DNA of 58,039 nucleotides from a virus (Duplodnaviria; Caudoviricetes), in the IMG/VR virus record IMGVR_UViG_3300032326_000244, positions 1 to 58,039 of that record. The stretch is one strand, 5' to 3'. Both the position numbers and the translations under genes were made by a program. The notes under the pieces are model-generated. The model had not been told where the DNA came from. It saw nothing but the letters and a program-made list of their open reading frames with translations, and searched no databases. This document shows positions 1-9,700 of the stretch, one piece after another. The first letter of the stretch is position 1; each line of letters opens with the position of its first letter.

Positions 1-369
1 AACTATAAAATAAAATCTGTACAGGCTAATATTAACGAATTGACCTTACATAAAAATGGTTACGAGTTGTCTGTTGAAAACTTTAAAGACAATACAAAGT
101 ATGAAGAAAAGTTCCTGCCTGATTTGATCATTAATACAAGTGCGGAACATATGACTGAAGAGTGGTTCCATCAAATTCGTTTTAAAGAAATGGAAAGTAA
201 CCCTATAGTTGCAATTCAAAGTAACAACATGTTTGACGGTGAAGGGCACGTTAATTGTGTACACAGCGTAGACCATATGAAGAAGAAATTTCCCATGAAA
301 GAAGTCTTGTTTGAAGGTGAACTTCAACTTAAAGGTTATAAGCGAGTGATGCTTATCGGACGACCATGA
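1..369 (+). CDS. C-terminal part of a probable class I SAM-dependent methyltransferase-like protein (5'-truncated by window edge)
   Basis: Frame is open from base 1 (NYKIKSVQANINEL...). DLIINTSAEHM...AIQSNN...HVNC...F.GEL...Y.R.MLIG resembles the C-terminal half of phage methyltransferase-like proteins found beside radical SAM genes. Confidence 0.55.
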   Translation, partial: NYKIKSVQANINELTLHKNGYELSVENFKDNTKYEEKFLPDLIINTSAEHMTEEWFHQIRFKEMESNPIVAIQSNNMFDGEGHVNCVHSVDHMKKKFPMKEVLFEGELQLKGYKRVMLIGRP

Positions 370-590
370 TAGATTTAGAAATTTTCGAATTAAGAGATTT
401 ACAAAAAGAAGCGGCTCGAGCATTGTCGTCAATGGACGCAACTAACGATAACATTTATAAGTTTAATCAGCAAGCATACCATGACAGTCAACGATGGTAT
501 AAGGCTGTAATAACTTGGTATGTAGAACAGTACGGGGATCTTCCTAGTAGAGTAGGACCTGGATCACTAATTAAATTGGTAATGGAATAA
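366..590 (+). CDS. hypothetical protein
   Basis: 74 aa ORF coupled to both neighbours (ATGA and TAATG overlaps). Confidence 0.7.
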   Translation: MIDLEIFELRDLQKEAARALSSMDATNDNIYKFNQQAYHDSQRWYKAVITWYVEQYGDLPSRVGPGSLIKLVME

Positions 591-1759
591 TGCTTTACAA
601 ATACAATGATATAAAAACAGTACACTTGGAAGTCACAGATAAATGTAATGCTGCTTGTCCTATGTGTGCTAGAAATATCAACGGCGGAGAAGATAATCCG
701 CAATTACCCGAAGTTGAATTATCATTAGACGATGTTAAAACAATGTTTCCTATTGAATTTATTAAGCAATTAGATAGGTTGTATATGTGTGGTAACTATG
801 GAGATCCTATCGCTGCTAAAGATACATTGGAAATATTTCAATATTTCAGAGAACATAACAGTAAGATGATGTTGAGCTTACACACTAACGGAAGTGCTAA
901 AAGTACCGAGTGGTGGACAAATCTAGCAAAAGTTCTCGGTACTAAGGGTTATGTTGTTTTTAGTGTTGATGGTCTTGAAGACACAAATCATTTGTATAGG
1001 CAAAATACTGTGTTTAGCAAAATTATGACTAACGCACAGGCGTTTATTGATGCTGGTGGCAGGGCACGGTGGGATTATATTGTATTCGCACATAACGAAC
1101 ATCAAGTCGAGGAAGCAGAAGAATTATCTAAAAAAATGAAATTTGAAAAATTTCAGTTTAAGAAGTCGGCTCGTTTCTATAGTAATGCTACTGGTGTGAC
1201 AAAAGAAATGCATCAGGCAGCAAATAGGAAAGGATTAACTACACTGTTACAACCTCCTACTAATCCAAAGTATCGAAATAGCGCATTACAAGAACTTAGT
1301 AAAATTGCCAAAGCCACTAATGAAGTTAAATTCTTACCTAGTAAATCTTCTGACTTGACAGGACATTTAGGAAGACAAGTGTTTCACATAGCTGAAGATA
1401 AGAAAACAGCAATGGAAAAATATTGGGATACTTCATCAATTAAATGTAAAGTAGCGGAAGAAAAAAGCATTTACATCAGCGCTGAAGGTGTAGTACAGCC
1501 TTGTTGCTGGACAGCCGGGCAAATGTATGTCTGGTATTGGGAACCTGAAAGTAGTCAAATTTGGGATCTAATTAACACTGTTGGTAAAGATAACATAAAT
1601 GCTAAAAACAAACCTTTACAACAAATTGTAGACGGGTTGTTTTTTCAAGAGCTTATTCCTGATAGTTGGAATAAATCAAGTTGTGCCACAGGAAAACTAG
1701 CTGTATGTGCCAAGACATGTGGTGGTAAACATGATGCCTTTGCTGAACAATTTAAATGA
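590..1759 (+). CDS. radical SAM protein with C-terminal SPASM/twitch-like domain
   Basis: CNAACPMC (CxxxCxxC), GNYGDP, HTNGS, FSVDG; C-terminal C...SIYISAEGVVQPCC...CAKTCG. Confidence 0.9.
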   Translation: MLYKYNDIKTVHLEVTDKCNAACPMCARNINGGEDNPQLPEVELSLDDVKTMFPIEFIKQLDRLYMCGNYGDPIAAKDTLEIFQYFREHNSKMMLSLHTNGSAKSTEWWTNLAKVLGTKGYVVFSVDGLEDTNHLYRQNTVFSKIMTNAQAFIDAGGRARWDYIVFAHNEHQVEEAEELSKKMKFEKFQFKKSARFYSNATGVTKEMHQAANRKGLTTLLQPPTNPKYRNSALQELSKIAKATNEVKFLPSKSSDLTGHLGRQVFHIAEDKKTAMEKYWDTSSIKCKVAEEKSIYISAEGVVQPCCWTAGQMYVWYWEPESSQIWDLINTVGKDNINAKNKPLQQIVDGLFFQELIPDSWNKSSCATGKLAVCAKTCGGKHDAFAEQFK

Positions 1760-1760
1760 T

Positions 1761-2711
1761 TTAACTTAGTAATTTTTTAGTTATATTAGTTTCTAACGCA
1801 CAGCTACACCATACTTGTTTACAACGTACTGGCATCTTTGCTAGTCCTTTAAAATCTTCGATAGTTCCTAAGTACTGTCCTTGGCCGCAACTAGCGCCGG
1901 TTATTCTTCCAAAAAAGGAAATGTATAGGCAATCATTTCCGATATTACACGCCCAATTGTAGAACTTGTTTAATCTATTGTTAAGAAGATATTGGTCGTC
2001 TAATTTCTGTTCTTCACCGGTATCGTATTTTATATAAGAATGGCCGAAACCTCGTCCTTGTTCAATACTAAACGGAAATGGTTTGTTTAAAGGTTCTTCT
2101 TTTTCAAACCACAATAATTGTTCAGCACTATAGTCGTAACTGGTGTCCTGTTCGTGTTGATCCTTCTTAAATACTCTTGTGAATCCCACATGAGCCATAC
2201 TGTCCATAGCTTTGAATTTATTATACGCTTCAACACATTTGTCCCATAATGGCGGCCACATTAATACAAATACTCCAGTATTTGTAATTTTGCCTACAGC
2301 ATCCATTTTTTCAAATATGTCTGTATTGTCCCATTCGGGGTGATAACTTAGTGTAACTTTATATAGTTTTGGAGCGTGTTCTGTCCACCATGCCATGCTT
2401 CTTGTACCGTTAGTATTAACATGGCAGTACCATTTATACTCGTTAAATTTATCGCACAAGAATTCAAAATGTGGTGATATAGTAGGTTCGCCACCGTTTA
2501 AAAAGATGTGTACCGGTCTATCTTTGACTTCGTCTTTTAACTTGATTAAAAAGTTTTCTAATATTTTTTGATCTTCTAGCTTGTCGATAATAGTATTAGT
2601 ACCCCGATGTAGACTATCAGGACAATAGGAACAATGATATGTACAAATACTATTCAATGTCCAGTTAATTACCAACACATTATTCTTGTCATAAATTTCT
2701 ATAGGTTTCAT
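1761..2711 (-). CDS. radical SAM protein with C-terminal Cys-rich (SPASM/twitch-like) domain
   Basis: CTYHCSYC, GGEPT, NTNGT; C-terminal WACNIG...SCGQ...LG...CKQVWCSC. Confidence 0.9.
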   Translation of the reverse strand: MKPIEIYDKNNVLVINWTLNSICTYHCSYCPDSLHRGTNTIIDKLEDQKILENFLIKLKDEVKDRPVHIFLNGGEPTISPHFEFLCDKFNEYKWYCHVNTNGTRSMAWWTEHAPKLYKVTLSYHPEWDNTDIFEKMDAVGKITNTGVFVLMWPPLWDKCVEAYNKFKAMDSMAHVGFTRVFKKDQHEQDTSYDYSAEQLLWFEKEEPLNKPFPFSIEQGRGFGHSYIKYDTGEEQKLDDQYLLNNRLNKFYNWACNIGNDCLYISFFGRITGASCGQGQYLGTIEDFKGLAKMPVRCKQVWCSCALETNITKKLLS

Positions 2712-2719
2712 AATACGTC

Positions 2720-2739
2720 TATTTAGCTAACCATAAATA
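2720..2739. promoter_or_regulatory. back-to-back TAAATA boxes (T4 late-promoter-like) for divergent radical SAM genes
   Basis: TATTTA 2720-2725 (minus-strand TAAATA) and TAAATA 2734-2739, each 4-8 nt from an ATG, with no SD. Confidence 0.5.
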
Positions 2740-2743
2740 CCGT

Positions 2744-4021
2744 ATGACATCAAATACTATATTTCCAATCAAATCCGACACTGCTTGTTTTTTAAAATGG
2801 GCATGGAGCAGCCTCTTTGTGTACCAAGGAACTTCCAGCTCATGCCATCGCACAGTACATTCTTCATTTAGACCAGAGCTAATAGGTACTTTTCATAATA
2901 CTCCTGAAAAGATTAAAGAACGAGAGATGATGCTCGAAGGTAAGTGGCCTGGCCGAGGCTGCGAATACTGCCGAGATATCGAAGCAGCAGGCGGCACAAG
3001 CGATCGTATGCGAGAATTAGAAGGCCTGGCTGATTCGTTATACAAAGGATTTATTCCTAAGGAATTGATAGATAATCCTTTTGCCACTGTCGTTACTCCT
3101 ACTATGTTGGAAGTTTATTTTAGCAACGTGTGTAATATGACGTGTCTATATTGCGGACCAGATTTAAGTACACAATGGGTCGCTGAAAATAATATACATG
3201 CGGGCGAAACAGGCAAGCAACAATTTAAAATACATCAAGAACGACAAAGTTTATATCCTGAGCGATTAAAATATTTCTGGGAATGGTTAGCGCAGAATTA
3301 TCAAAATCTTCGTATGTTTAATGTGTTAGGCGGCGAACCATTTTATCAAGATGAAACAGAACAGTGTATTGAATTTTGGAACAACAACCCTAATCCTAAC
3401 ATGCATTTTAGCATCTTCTCTAATTTAAAAGTTAAACCTGAAAAATTTAAAAAAATATTAGATAAATTTGATCATCTTATTAAAAACAAAAAAGTAAGTT
3501 CTATCGGTATAACTGCCAGTCTTGACTGTTGGGGCGAACCGCAAGAATATGTTCGATGGGGAGTGGATCTCAATGAGTGGGAGACTAATTTCAAAACACT
3601 TGTGTATGATTACCCTAGTATAAAAATTTGTGTTAACAGTACGATAAATTGTCTTTCTATTAAGACTATGCCTGAACTGCTGACAAAAATTAATGAATGT
3701 AATGCGTATAGACGTAGTATAACTGGCAGTGATATAATTCATAGTTTCAATATGTTAACTGACCCGAAGTTTATGAACGCTAGGATTTTTCCAGCAGGAT
3801 TTTTTGATGAAGATTTTAAAAAGATTTTAGCTGTTATGCCTGAATCTAATCCTCGCGAAATTAGTCTTAAAGATCATATGGAAGGTATTTGGAAAACGTA
3901 TAATTCTTCAGGACAAGATTCTGGTCAAATCGCATTGTTAAAGGAAATACTAAATGAAACTGACCGACGTCATAAAACCAATTGGCGAACAATTTTTCCA
4001 TGGCTTGTAGACATTGATTAA
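2744..4021 (+). CDS. radical SAM protein with N-terminal twitch-like domain
   Basis: N-terminal CFLKW...SSSCHR...GCEYC; CNMTCLYC; GGEPF; ASLDCWG...EYVRWG. Confidence 0.9.
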   Translation: MTSNTIFPIKSDTACFLKWAWSSLFVYQGTSSSCHRTVHSSFRPELIGTFHNTPEKIKEREMMLEGKWPGRGCEYCRDIEAAGGTSDRMRELEGLADSLYKGFIPKELIDNPFATVVTPTMLEVYFSNVCNMTCLYCGPDLSTQWVAENNIHAGETGKQQFKIHQERQSLYPERLKYFWEWLAQNYQNLRMFNVLGGEPFYQDETEQCIEFWNNNPNPNMHFSIFSNLKVKPEKFKKILDKFDHLIKNKKVSSIGITASLDCWGEPQEYVRWGVDLNEWETNFKTLVYDYPSIKICVNSTINCLSIKTMPELLTKINECNAYRRSITGSDIIHSFNMLTDPKFMNARIFPAGFFDEDFKKILAVMPESNPREISLKDHMEGIWKTYNSSGQDSGQIALLKEILNETDRRHKTNWRTIFPWLVDID

Positions 4022-4028
4022 ATATTAG

Positions 4029-4577
4029 ATGAAAATACTTATTACTGGAAATCCAAAAGTTGGTTTAGCATCTGAATTATTCAAACTATATCCTGACGCA
4101 ACATTTATATCCAGAGAAAACGGATACGATTTAACCACACGAGAAGGTTATCACAAGTTAGGAGAAATCGTTAAAGATTATGATATTTTTATTAATTCAA
4201 GTGCGTTATGGAAGTTTAATCAAACACTAGTACTCGAGTCAGTGTATAAAAAATGTCTAGAAATCAAACACAATATACGAATTATTTGTGTAGGTAGCAC
4301 TACGGATAGAGTTAATAAAGCAACATCTTGGATTTACAACGCCGAAAAAAAAGCTCTACGTGATTACGCTAACAGTCTAAGTTTAATAGGTGTGTGGGAT
4401 AACGGCCCTACAGTTTCACTTATTAGCTTTGGTAGTTTATCTAATGTACAAGCAAAACATCCTGAGCGTATTTGTTTAGAATTATCAAGCGCCGCATCTT
4501 ATATTAAATGGATAATAGACCAACCTGCCGGCATTTCTATTAATGAAATAAGTATAGATCCTTTACAACGCAAATGA
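4029..4577 (+). CDS. short-chain dehydrogenase/reductase (minimal SDR)
   Basis: N-terminal ILITGNPKVGLA Rossmann-like motif, FINSS, IICVGS, catalytic YxxxK (YNAEK). Confidence 0.75.
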   Translation: MKILITGNPKVGLASELFKLYPDATFISRENGYDLTTREGYHKLGEIVKDYDIFINSSALWKFNQTLVLESVYKKCLEIKHNIRIICVGSTTDRVNKATSWIYNAEKKALRDYANSLSLIGVWDNGPTVSLISFGSLSNVQAKHPERICLELSSAASYIKWIIDQPAGISINEISIDPLQRK

Positions 4578-5887
4578 CTAAAACTTTTTGTCCTATTCCA
4601 TGGAACTTTCAAGCAGTTCGTAATAACGGCGATATTCGTATCTGTTGTCAAGCCAATGTAACGGAAAATCAAGGTGTGGTTAGACACGACGACGGCACTC
4701 CGTTTAATGCCGGCAAAGATAATATGGAGCTTGCTCGTAATGCTATTCTAATGAAAGAAGTTCGTAAGAATATGCTAACAGGTGAGTGGAGTCAAGAATG
4801 TGGCCGTTGCCAAAGTGAAGAAGCTAGTGGACTTAATAGTCGTAGACAATACGAATTAGAAAACTGGAAGTTTAGCGTAGAAGATGCTCGTAATATTACA
4901 GAAGAAGATGGTAGTATTAAAGATAGAAATTTAGAATATTACGACTTACGATTCGGTAACTTATGTAACTTAGCTTGCCGCATGTGCGGACCAACTGACA
5001 GTCATACTTGGTATGAACAGTGGACAGATTATCACGGCAGTACAGAATACAAAGACACCCATGGTATTGTAAAACTAATCAAAAACTCCAAAGGTAGATT
5101 AAGTACCGAAGATTACGATTGGCATAATAGTGAAACATTCTGGCAGCAAATAGAAGAAAATATCCCCAACATTAAACATGTTTACATGGCGGGCGGCGAG
5201 CCCATGATGATTGAACGCCACTATGAGTTTTTACAAAAATGTATTGACATGGGTCATAGTAAGAAGATGATCATCGAGTATAATACTAACATGAGCAACT
5301 TGCCTAAACGTGTATTAGATATGTGGACGCAGTTTAAACAAGTTCGTGTTGGTGCTAGTATGGATGGTATGGGTGAAACCGTAGAGTATCAGCGTTGGCC
5401 TTTAAAATGGAGCCAAGCATATAAGAACTTACAAAAGCTAGACGAGTATGCAGAACGTAACCCAAACATATTGGCTTGGCTTGCCTGCACAGTAACAGCG
5501 TATAACATTTGGCACGTACCTCGTTTTATGAAGTGGAAGTTGCAAAGCAGTGGCTTTACTAAGATTAACAGCACAAAGAAGCGTCCTATTATAACACATC
5601 ACGTAGCACACGGCCCAAAGCGTGTTAACGTGCGTATACTACCTGCTGATATGAAACAGGAGGTTGTTGAATACTATGCTCGTTGGATTGAAGAGTTTAA
5701 AGCAGAGTACCCGGAAGATATTGCTAAAAACGCTGAAAACATTTTAAACAGTATTACCAAGTATATGTTAGGTGCTGACTATAGTGATAAACTTCCTGAG
5801 TTTATTAAATTTACAAAGTATTTAGATAGTGCTAGGGATCAAAGTATTATTGATATAGCACCAGAATTTAAACGTTTATTTGATTAA
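4574..5887 (+). CDS. radical SAM protein with N-terminal twitch-like domain
   Basis: FCPIPW...GDIRICC...ECGRC; CNLACRMC; AGGEP; YNTN; ASMDG. Confidence 0.92.
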   Translation: MTKTFCPIPWNFQAVRNNGDIRICCQANVTENQGVVRHDDGTPFNAGKDNMELARNAILMKEVRKNMLTGEWSQECGRCQSEEASGLNSRRQYELENWKFSVEDARNITEEDGSIKDRNLEYYDLRFGNLCNLACRMCGPTDSHTWYEQWTDYHGSTEYKDTHGIVKLIKNSKGRLSTEDYDWHNSETFWQQIEENIPNIKHVYMAGGEPMMIERHYEFLQKCIDMGHSKKMIIEYNTNMSNLPKRVLDMWTQFKQVRVGASMDGMGETVEYQRWPLKWSQAYKNLQKLDEYAERNPNILAWLACTVTAYNIWHVPRFMKWKLQSSGFTKINSTKKRPIITHHVAHGPKRVNVRILPADMKQEVVEYYARWIEEFKAEYPEDIAKNAENILNSITKYMLGADYSDKLPEFIKFTKYLDSARDQSIIDIAPEFKRLFD

Positions 5888-7000
5888 GATTTCAGCAGGT
5901 CTATCTTTAGATCGTCTGTTTCTTAAGAAATGATTACCGTCTACATCTACGCATAAGTTACTGAGCTTAGTAACATCCGGTACACCCACTCCTAGTATAG
6001 CAACAGGATAATTATCTTCAGTAATACCATGTTTTGTAGAAAGCCACTTAGAAATGTTGCTTGGATTGTAGCATCCACAAAATCCTGTCTTGTAACCCAT
6101 TAATTGTGCAGCCAGTGCTACAGCACCTGCGCTAATTCCGGTGTTTAAACTTTGATGTCTTGTTAGTTCTATATCGGTATCGTATTCAAGATCGAAAAGT
6201 CTATTATAAGTTTCATCTTTGTTGGCAGTCCACATAAAAACAACTGGTGCTAATAATTGCGTGTTATAGTTTTTCTGATTTCTAGGAGTGTGCCTTGCGC
6301 CAATTTTTAATGCTGGCATTCTTGTTAATCCGTGATTAATAACATCAATTGTAATATTTGTAAGTTGTCTAATGTCAGTTTGTTCTGCTGTAATATCGCA
6401 GATTATAATTTGCTGTTCAGTTTGTTGTAGTGGGGTGATTCTAGTATTAGTTAAAATATGTTCAGTAATTAATCTTTGAATAAATCTATGAGTCTCGAGT
6501 TCGGCTACTTTTCTGACTAGTAAGTTTCCGTTTTTATCGAAGTATTTTGATACTATGTTGCGTGTATGTTTATTAGAATCTAGTTTTAGATCTTTAATAT
6601 AGGCTTCTAGTACAAATCCAATATCTCTATAACATTTATGTGCTTCGTATACAAAATTTTCAAAAGAAGGACTTTTCGTATCTACTTTATTCTTAATCCA
6701 AGCAGCTCCTTCTCTTTTAATAAATTCTTTATTTTCTTTTAATAACCTTACAGCATTAGGGGCTAAATTTGGCATATTATCTGGAATATATCCTTCACTA
6801 TGACAAATGTCGAACAATTCTTCCTTTGCTACAGTGTCAGTAAAGGCGATACATTTAAAGAAGTTAACGTTCTGTTTAGTAGGAGTTCCATTAGCTACTT
6901 GTAACAGTAAGTTTAAATTCTCTTCAGATACGCTGTCGCTAATCCAGTTTCTTTGACAAGCGTTAATCGATGCTAATGCGGATAAAATCTCAGTGTTCAT
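5876..7000 (-). CDS. nitroreductase-family flavoprotein with large internal insertion
   Basis: N-terminal CQRNW...LLQVANGTPTKQN and C-terminal GISAGAVALAAQLMGYKTGFCGC...ILGVG.P are nitroreductase motifs. Confidence 0.7.
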   Translation of the reverse strand: MNTEILSALASINACQRNWISDSVSEENLNLLLQVANGTPTKQNVNFFKCIAFTDTVAKEELFDICHSEGYIPDNMPNLAPNAVRLLKENKEFIKREGAAWIKNKVDTKSPSFENFVYEAHKCYRDIGFVLEAYIKDLKLDSNKHTRNIVSKYFDKNGNLLVRKVAELETHRFIQRLITEHILTNTRITPLQQTEQQIIICDITAEQTDIRQLTNITIDVINHGLTRMPALKIGARHTPRNQKNYNTQLLAPVVFMWTANKDETYNRLFDLEYDTDIELTRHQSLNTGISAGAVALAAQLMGYKTGFCGCYNPSNISKWLSTKHGITEDNYPVAILGVGVPDVTKLSNLCVDVDGNHFLRNRRSKDRPAEILIK

Positions 7001-7001
7001 T

Positions 7002-8258
7002 TTAATTTCCCTCTTTAATATTTATCAGCCATGGAAAAACCTCCTGCCAATTTGTGTTTCTACGACTATCCATTTTATCTAAGAATATTTTTAGTTCTTT
7101 AATTTTTTCATAATCTGTAGGAGTTTCAACGATTTCTTTAAAAATGGCATTTACATAATCGATGTAACCTGTGTTATTAAACATCTGGTTGTTTAATTCT
7201 TGTATTTCTTTTATTATATCGATATAAACTTCACCAGGAATATTATGCGGATCTAAAATCTTAGGAGAAATACACTTATTATAGTTCACACTAATCTTTT
7301 TACCTTTACATGTATTATTCCAGTGAATAACTTTTTTAATTAGTTCTGGAGTACTGTGTATTGATAGCGCCGATACAGTCCAGTTCATAGTAGGAATAAT
7401 TTCAGGGCACTCGTATATAAGATATTCCATATTTTCTGTAAATGTTTCAAGATCAAGGCCTGTTCTAATATACTCAGATTCTGTACCCCAGCAATCAATA
7501 CTGGCAGTCAGTTCAACGGTATTACAAGTTTTTACTAATTGTTTAATTTTCTCCATCTGTTTTTTAAAAAGAGATGGCTTAATTTGCATGTTAGAAAAAA
7601 TCTCAACATCGAGGTCTGGGTTCGGATGTGCAATCATCCAATCTATACAATCAAAAGTTTCTTGTTGAATTAACGGCTCCCCGCCTAGTATATGAAATTC
7701 TCGCAAGTCACAATAATGTTTTTCCATCCACACATAAAATTCAGCTAGGCGTGTTTTATAAGTTACATCATTAATAGAAATAGAATTTAAAAAAGAACTG
7801 TCACTCGTGCCATATTGTTCTTCCTCTAATACCCATGAACTGCTCAAGAATGGTCCGCAATATAAACACTTCAAATTACATTTATTATTGAAGTAAATTT
7901 CTAACATTGTGGGATTTACTGATGTTTGTCTTGGATTACTATATAACTCTTTAGGTACATATTTTTCGTTATATGGCCTAGATAGCCAATTCTTTCTGTC
8001 GCTGAAATTACTGTAAGTTTCTTGATCTCTACAACTTTCACAACCCCGTCCAGGCCACACATTTCTTAACATTTTTTCTCTATCTGTTATTACTTGAGGA
8101 GTATTGTGAAAGTTTTTAATGTCGTCTACTTTAACACTTTGTACCCTGTGACAAGAGCTAGATGTGCTAGTCCATAAGTATAAACTACTCCATGCCCATT
8201 TTAATAAACACGCTCCTTCAGATTGGATAGGAAACCATTTTTTAGTATTTTCAGTCAT
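7002..8258 (-). CDS. radical SAM protein with N-terminal twitch-like domain (paralog of 2744-4021)
   Basis: CLLKWAW...SSSCHR...WPGRGCESC; CNLKCLYC; GGEPL; ASIDCWG. Confidence 0.9.
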   Translation of the reverse strand: MTENTKKWFPIQSEGACLLKWAWSSLYLWTSTSSSCHRVQSVKVDDIKNFHNTPQVITDREKMLRNVWPGRGCESCRDQETYSNFSDRKNWLSRPYNEKYVPKELYSNPRQTSVNPTMLEIYFNNKCNLKCLYCGPFLSSSWVLEEEQYGTSDSSFLNSISINDVTYKTRLAEFYVWMEKHYCDLREFHILGGEPLIQQETFDCIDWMIAHPNPDLDVEIFSNMQIKPSLFKKQMEKIKQLVKTCNTVELTASIDCWGTESEYIRTGLDLETFTENMEYLIYECPEIIPTMNWTVSALSIHSTPELIKKVIHWNNTCKGKKISVNYNKCISPKILDPHNIPGEVYIDIIKEIQELNNQMFNNTGYIDYVNAIFKEIVETPTDYEKIKELKIFLDKMDSRRNTNWQEVFPWLINIKEGN

Positions 8259-8262
8259 GAAA

Positions 8263-8292
8263 TATTTATCGCTAAAATTTAGCGGTTAAATA
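8263..8292. promoter_or_regulatory. divergent TAAATA boxes flanking a perfect inverted repeat
   Basis: TATTTA 8263-8268, CGCTAAA-A-TTTAGCG 8270-8284, TAAATA 8287-8292; ATGs 4 nt downstream on each strand. Confidence 0.55.
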
Positions 8293-8296
8293 TAGT

Positions 8297-9700
8297 ATGA
8301 ATAAAATATCTGAAACATTTTGTATTTTGCCCTGGGTACACCTGAGTACACGACCTGACGGCAGCATGAGAGTTTGCTGTACAGCCAATGCCAGCAGCGT
8401 TGGAGCTACTAACGATAAAGAGCATGGCGGCATGGTTGGTGTTCTCAAAACAGACGACGGCAAACCAAATAATTTAAACGTAAGCGATTTTAAAAGTGCG
8501 TGGAATAGTACGTATATGCGAAGTGTACGTAAGCAAATGATTAACGGCGAGCAACCTCCTAGCTGTTTAAAATGCTACAAAGAAGAAGCGGCTGGGCATA
8601 ACAGCAAACGTATGTGGGAAACCGCATATTGGAGTCAACGAGTAAATGTTGATAAGTTGTTAGAAGATACAGCAGAAGATGGCAGTGTTCCTCCACAACT
8701 TGCCTACATTGATTTACGATTTGGAACAAAGTGTCAATTGGCATGTGTGATGTGTAGTCCGCATGATAGCAGCGGCTGGATTAAAGATTACAAAGCTATT
8801 TTCCCTGAAGTGGAAAACGCCAGTTTAAAACAAACTATGTTATGGACTGACAAGGGTTCTACTAACGGCAGTAGTTATAATTGGCATAAACAAAATCCTG
8901 TGTTCTGGCAACAGTTCTATGAACAGATTCCTAATATGCAACAGATTTATTTTGCTGGCGGGGAAAGTTTAATTATTGAAGAACATTATGAAATTCTTGA
9001 AGAATGTATCAGACAAGGTCATGCTAAGAATCTTGAACTACGTTACAATAGTAACGGTGTTGAGTGGCGTGAGGATCTGTTTGATCTCTGGAAACATTTT
9101 AAGTTGGTCAGATTCCACTACAGTGTCGACAGCATCGGAGAAATGAATTCTTATATACGTTATCCTAGTACATGGGAACGTACTAAAGAAGTATTTCATA
9201 TTCTAGATAAACAAACCGGCAATAACGTTGAAGTTACAGTAGCTTGTGCTGTACAGGCACTGAACATTTATTATCTCCCAGACTTTCTGAAATGGAAACT
9301 CGAAGAAGGATTTACTAAAATTAACATGTGGCCATTCGGAGCCGGAGGCATTAACTATCATTTTGTATATCATCCGCCGCACCTAAACGTCAAAGTGTTG
9401 CCTGCAGAATTCAAAGCAGCTTGTCGTAAAAAGTATGAAGAATTTTATTCATGGTGGGAAGCAAACTGGGAACTGGGAATTCCTAGTTGGCACAAAGGCA
9501 AAGTAACATATGATGCTTGGCGCAAGGCAGAGTATGGTATTAGTCGTTTAGAAGGTATGTTAAAGTTTATGGAAAGTGAAGATTGGAGTAATCGACTTCC
9601 TGAAACTAAAGAATTTTTAGACTTATGCGATAAACAACGCAATCTTAACTTCGGTGAAATTTTCCCAGAGATGAAGGATATTTTCAATGGAACAAAGTAA
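8297..9700 (+). CDS. radical SAM protein with N-terminal twitch-like domain
   Basis: FCILPW...DGSMRVCC...SCLKC; CQLACVMC; AGGES; YNSNG; SYIRYPSTW. Confidence 0.92.
   Translation: MNKISETFCILPWVHLSTRPDGSMRVCCTANASSVGATNDKEHGGMVGVLKTDDGKPNNLNVSDFKSAWNSTYMRSVRKQMINGEQPPSCLKCYKEEAAGHNSKRMWETAYWSQRVNVDKLLEDTAEDGSVPPQLAYIDLRFGTKCQLACVMCSPHDSSGWIKDYKAIFPEVENASLKQTMLWTDKGSTNGSSYNWHKQNPVFWQQFYEQIPNMQQIYFAGGESLIIEEHYEILEECIRQGHAKNLELRYNSNGVEWREDLFDLWKHFKLVRFHYSVDSIGEMNSYIRYPSTWERTKEVFHILDKQTGNNVEVTVACAVQALNIYYLPDFLKWKLEEGFTKINMWPFGAGGINYHFVYHPPHLNVKVLPAEFKAACRKKYEEFYSWWEANWELGIPSWHKGKVTYDAWRKAEYGISRLEGMLKFMESEDWSNRLPETKEFLDLCDKQRNLNFGEIFPEMKDIFNGTK

Noticed and set aside
366-590. RiPP precursor peptide for the radical SAM array
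   Set aside because: It looks like a small globular protein with no leader/core pattern or Cys-rich repeats, and no transporter or RRE is evident.
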